From positions 352,001 to 416,000 of the forward strand of contig CAXXVD010000005.1 in the NCBI GenBank assembly GCA_963662335.2: DNA of 64,000 bases, read 5' to 3'. Origin of the DNA: Chloroflexota bacterium. Lineage in GTDB: Bacteria > Chloroflexota > UBA11872 > VXOZ01. The notes beneath the pieces are model-generated. The model searched no databases. It was not told the DNA's origin and worked only from the letters and a program-made list of their open reading frames with translations. This document shows positions 62,229-64,000 of the stretch, piece after piece (the stretch's first letter is position 1; every line of letters begins with the position of its first letter). A program made the position numbers and the translations under genes.

Positions 62229-62944
62229 TGTCGAAGCCGAACTCGTCCAGGACTCCGACCGCAGCGCACACGACGAACGTGGCGCAAAGGCTCAACCTCA
62301 TCCTCCTCGGCCCGCCGGGCGCGGGCAAGGGCACGCAGGCGCGCGCCATCGCCGCCCATCTCGGCCTGCATCACCTCGCCACCGGCGAACTCTTCCGCCA
62401 ACACATGCGGCGCCGGACCCCGCTTGGCGCGCAGGCCCGGGACTACTACGACCGCGGCGCGTACGTGCCGGACAACCTCGTGGTCGCCATGGTGCGCGAG
62501 GAACTCGCGGCGCTCGACCCGGAGAGCGGCCTCGTGCTGGATGGCTTCCCGCGCACCGTGGCGCAAGCCGAGGCGCTGGAGCAGATCCTGCGAGAGCGCC
62601 GGCAGCGCGTAGACGCGGTCATCGAGCTTGCCAGCGATACCGAAGAGATTGTGCGGCGCGCCCAGGGCCGCCGCGTGTGCCCCCAGGGGCATACCTACCA
62701 CACGGTGAATAACCCGCCCCGCGCCGCCGGCCGCTGCGATGTTGACGACCTGCCGCTGCAGCAGCGCGTTGACGACCGGCCGGAAACGGTGCGCACGCGC
62801 ATCGAGACCTACCGCACAGAGACCCAACCGCTCATCGCTTTCTATGGAGAGCGAGGTCTCTTGCGCAGCGTGGACGGCGCCCGGCCCATCGAGAAGGTAA
62901 CAGAGCGTATCCAGGCCGTGTTGGACGGCATTGGCGTGTGCTGA
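62228..62944 (+). CDS. adk: Adenylate kinase
   Basis: GPPGAGKGTQ, LDGFPRT and R.DD motifs. Confidence 0.95.
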   Translation: MSKPNSSRTPTAAHTTNVAQRLNLILLGPPGAGKGTQARAIAAHLGLHHLATGELFRQHMRRRTPLGAQARDYYDRGAYVPDNLVVAMVREELAALDPESGLVLDGFPRTVAQAEALEQILRERRQRVDAVIELASDTEEIVRRAQGRRVCPQGHTYHTVNNPPRAAGRCDVDDLPLQQRVDDRPETVRTRIETYRTETQPLIAFYGERGLLRSVDGARPIEKVTERIQAVLDGIGVC

Positions 62945-62980
62945 CAACACGTCGAAGAAGAACGGACCAAGCGTGTACGA

Positions 62981-63739
62981 ATGACGAAAGCAATACAACT
63001 CAAGACCCCGCGCCAGTTGCGCTACATGCGCCAAGCGGGTAAGATAGTAGCAGAAGTCCTTGCGCTTCTCGGCGAGCATGTGGCGCCCGGCGCGACAACG
63101 GCGGAGTTGGACGCCCTGGCGGAAGCCGAGATACGAAAGCGCGGGGCTATGCCGTCTTTCAAGGGGTATCACGGCTACCCGGGTACGATTTGCGCGTCGG
63201 TCAATGAGCAAATCGTGCATGGCATTCCCGGTGAATACCGGCTGCAAGAAGGGGACATTCTCAGCATCGACGTTGGCGCGATCTACAAGGGTTGGCACGG
63301 CGACGCGGCGCTGACCTACGCGGTGGGCCGGCCCAGCGCGGAGGCCGAGCGTGTCATGGCCGCGACGCGGGAAGCGTTGCGGCGCGGTATCGAGGCGGCG
63401 TCGCCTGAAAACCGCCTGGGCGACATTGGCTTCGCCATTCAGTCCTGGGTGGAGGCGCAGGGATTCGCCGTGGTACAGGGATTCTGCGGCCATGGCATTG
63501 GCCGGGCGCTGCACGAGTCTCCCGAAGTGCACAATACCGGCGCGGCCGGGGCGGGGGTCAAGCTCCGGCCCGGCATGACGATTGCCATCGAGCCAATGGT
63601 CGCGGTGGGAGATCCGGGCGTCATCGTGCTGGACGACGGCTGGACGGCCGTAACGGCGGACGGCAGCCTCTCCGCCCACTACGAGCACTCGATCGTCATT
63701 ACGAACAACGGCCCGGAGATTTTGACCCGCGTTGCCTAG
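62981..63739 (+). CDS. map: Methionine aminopeptidase type I
   Basis: HGIP, GHGIG..LHE.P, AIEPM and SAH.EH motifs. Confidence 0.96.
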   Translation: MTKAIQLKTPRQLRYMRQAGKIVAEVLALLGEHVAPGATTAELDALAEAEIRKRGAMPSFKGYHGYPGTICASVNEQIVHGIPGEYRLQEGDILSIDVGAIYKGWHGDAALTYAVGRPSAEAERVMAATREALRRGIEAASPENRLGDIGFAIQSWVEAQGFAVVQGFCGHGIGRALHESPEVHNTGAAGAGVKLRPGMTIAIEPMVAVGDPGVIVLDDGWTAVTADGSLSAHYEHSIVITNNGPEILTRVA

Positions 63740-63763
63740 CGCCGCAGGTTTTTGGAGTTTGGT

Positions 63764-63988
63764 GTGCCGAAGAAGAAGGACACGATCGAGATTGAAGGCG
63801 TGGTGCGGGACGTCCTGCCAAACGCCGTCTTTCGTGTCGAGCTTGACAATGGACATGAAGTCACCGCCCACCTTTCGGGCAAGTTGCGGCTCAACTTCAT
63901 CCGGGTCGGCGCCGGCGATCGGGTTACGGTGGAACTTTCACCGTACGACCTTACCCGCGGCCGGATTACGTGGCGAGGGAGGAGGTAA
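63764..63988 (+). CDS. infA: Translation initiation factor IF-1
   Basis: LPNA.F.V.L.NG and SPYDL.RGRI motifs. Confidence 0.96.
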   Translation: MPKKKDTIEIEGVVRDVLPNAVFRVELDNGHEVTAHLSGKLRLNFIRVGAGDRVTVELSPYDLTRGRITWRGRR

Positions 63989-63993
63989 GCCTC

Positions 63994-64000
63994 ATGAAGG
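63994..64000 (+). CDS. rpmJ: Start of 50S ribosomal protein L36 (truncated by the window edge)
   Basis: ATG AAG G after GGAGG; usual gene order after infA. Confidence 0.6.

Overview
A GC-rich bacterial chromosome window. The Firmicutes/Chloroflexi-type insertion in S12, the Tat-lipoprotein solute-binding proteins and the gene content suggest a Chloroflexota genome, possibly host- or sponge-associated; this is inference only. The last 17 kb (46775-64000) is the fused str-S10-spc ribosomal protein superoperon, from rpsL through secY-adk-map-infA into the start of rpmJ. The first 46 kb is a mosaic of housekeeping and catabolic genes: ferredoxin, an enolase-superfamily enzyme, SixA, DUF1854 plus an ABC exporter, a baseplate-J-like membrane protein with ruvX-mltG, three orphan sugar-type binding proteins, a P1B ATPase, an ATP-dependent DNA ligase, pncB, a cbiZ-like/folE/folC/phosphatase operon, D-amino-acid enzymes, tRNA-Pro, a GH15 enzyme, a metallopeptidase, a XerD-like recombinase, pcm, ppdK, lspA, rluA and fabH. 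Intergenic regions carry at least six families of REP-like palindromes, some nested or in tandem. I found no CRISPR array, transposase, prophage or defence system. The best leads are the membrane-anchored baseplate-J-like gene heading the ruvX-mltG operon, a fixed K42R-equivalent (streptomycin-site) S12, a metallophosphoesterase with no canonical start codon, several enzymes with altered catalytic motifs, a Cys/His protein coupled to the metal ATPase, and candidate structured RNAs. All family calls come from motif recognition by eye; no database search was run.
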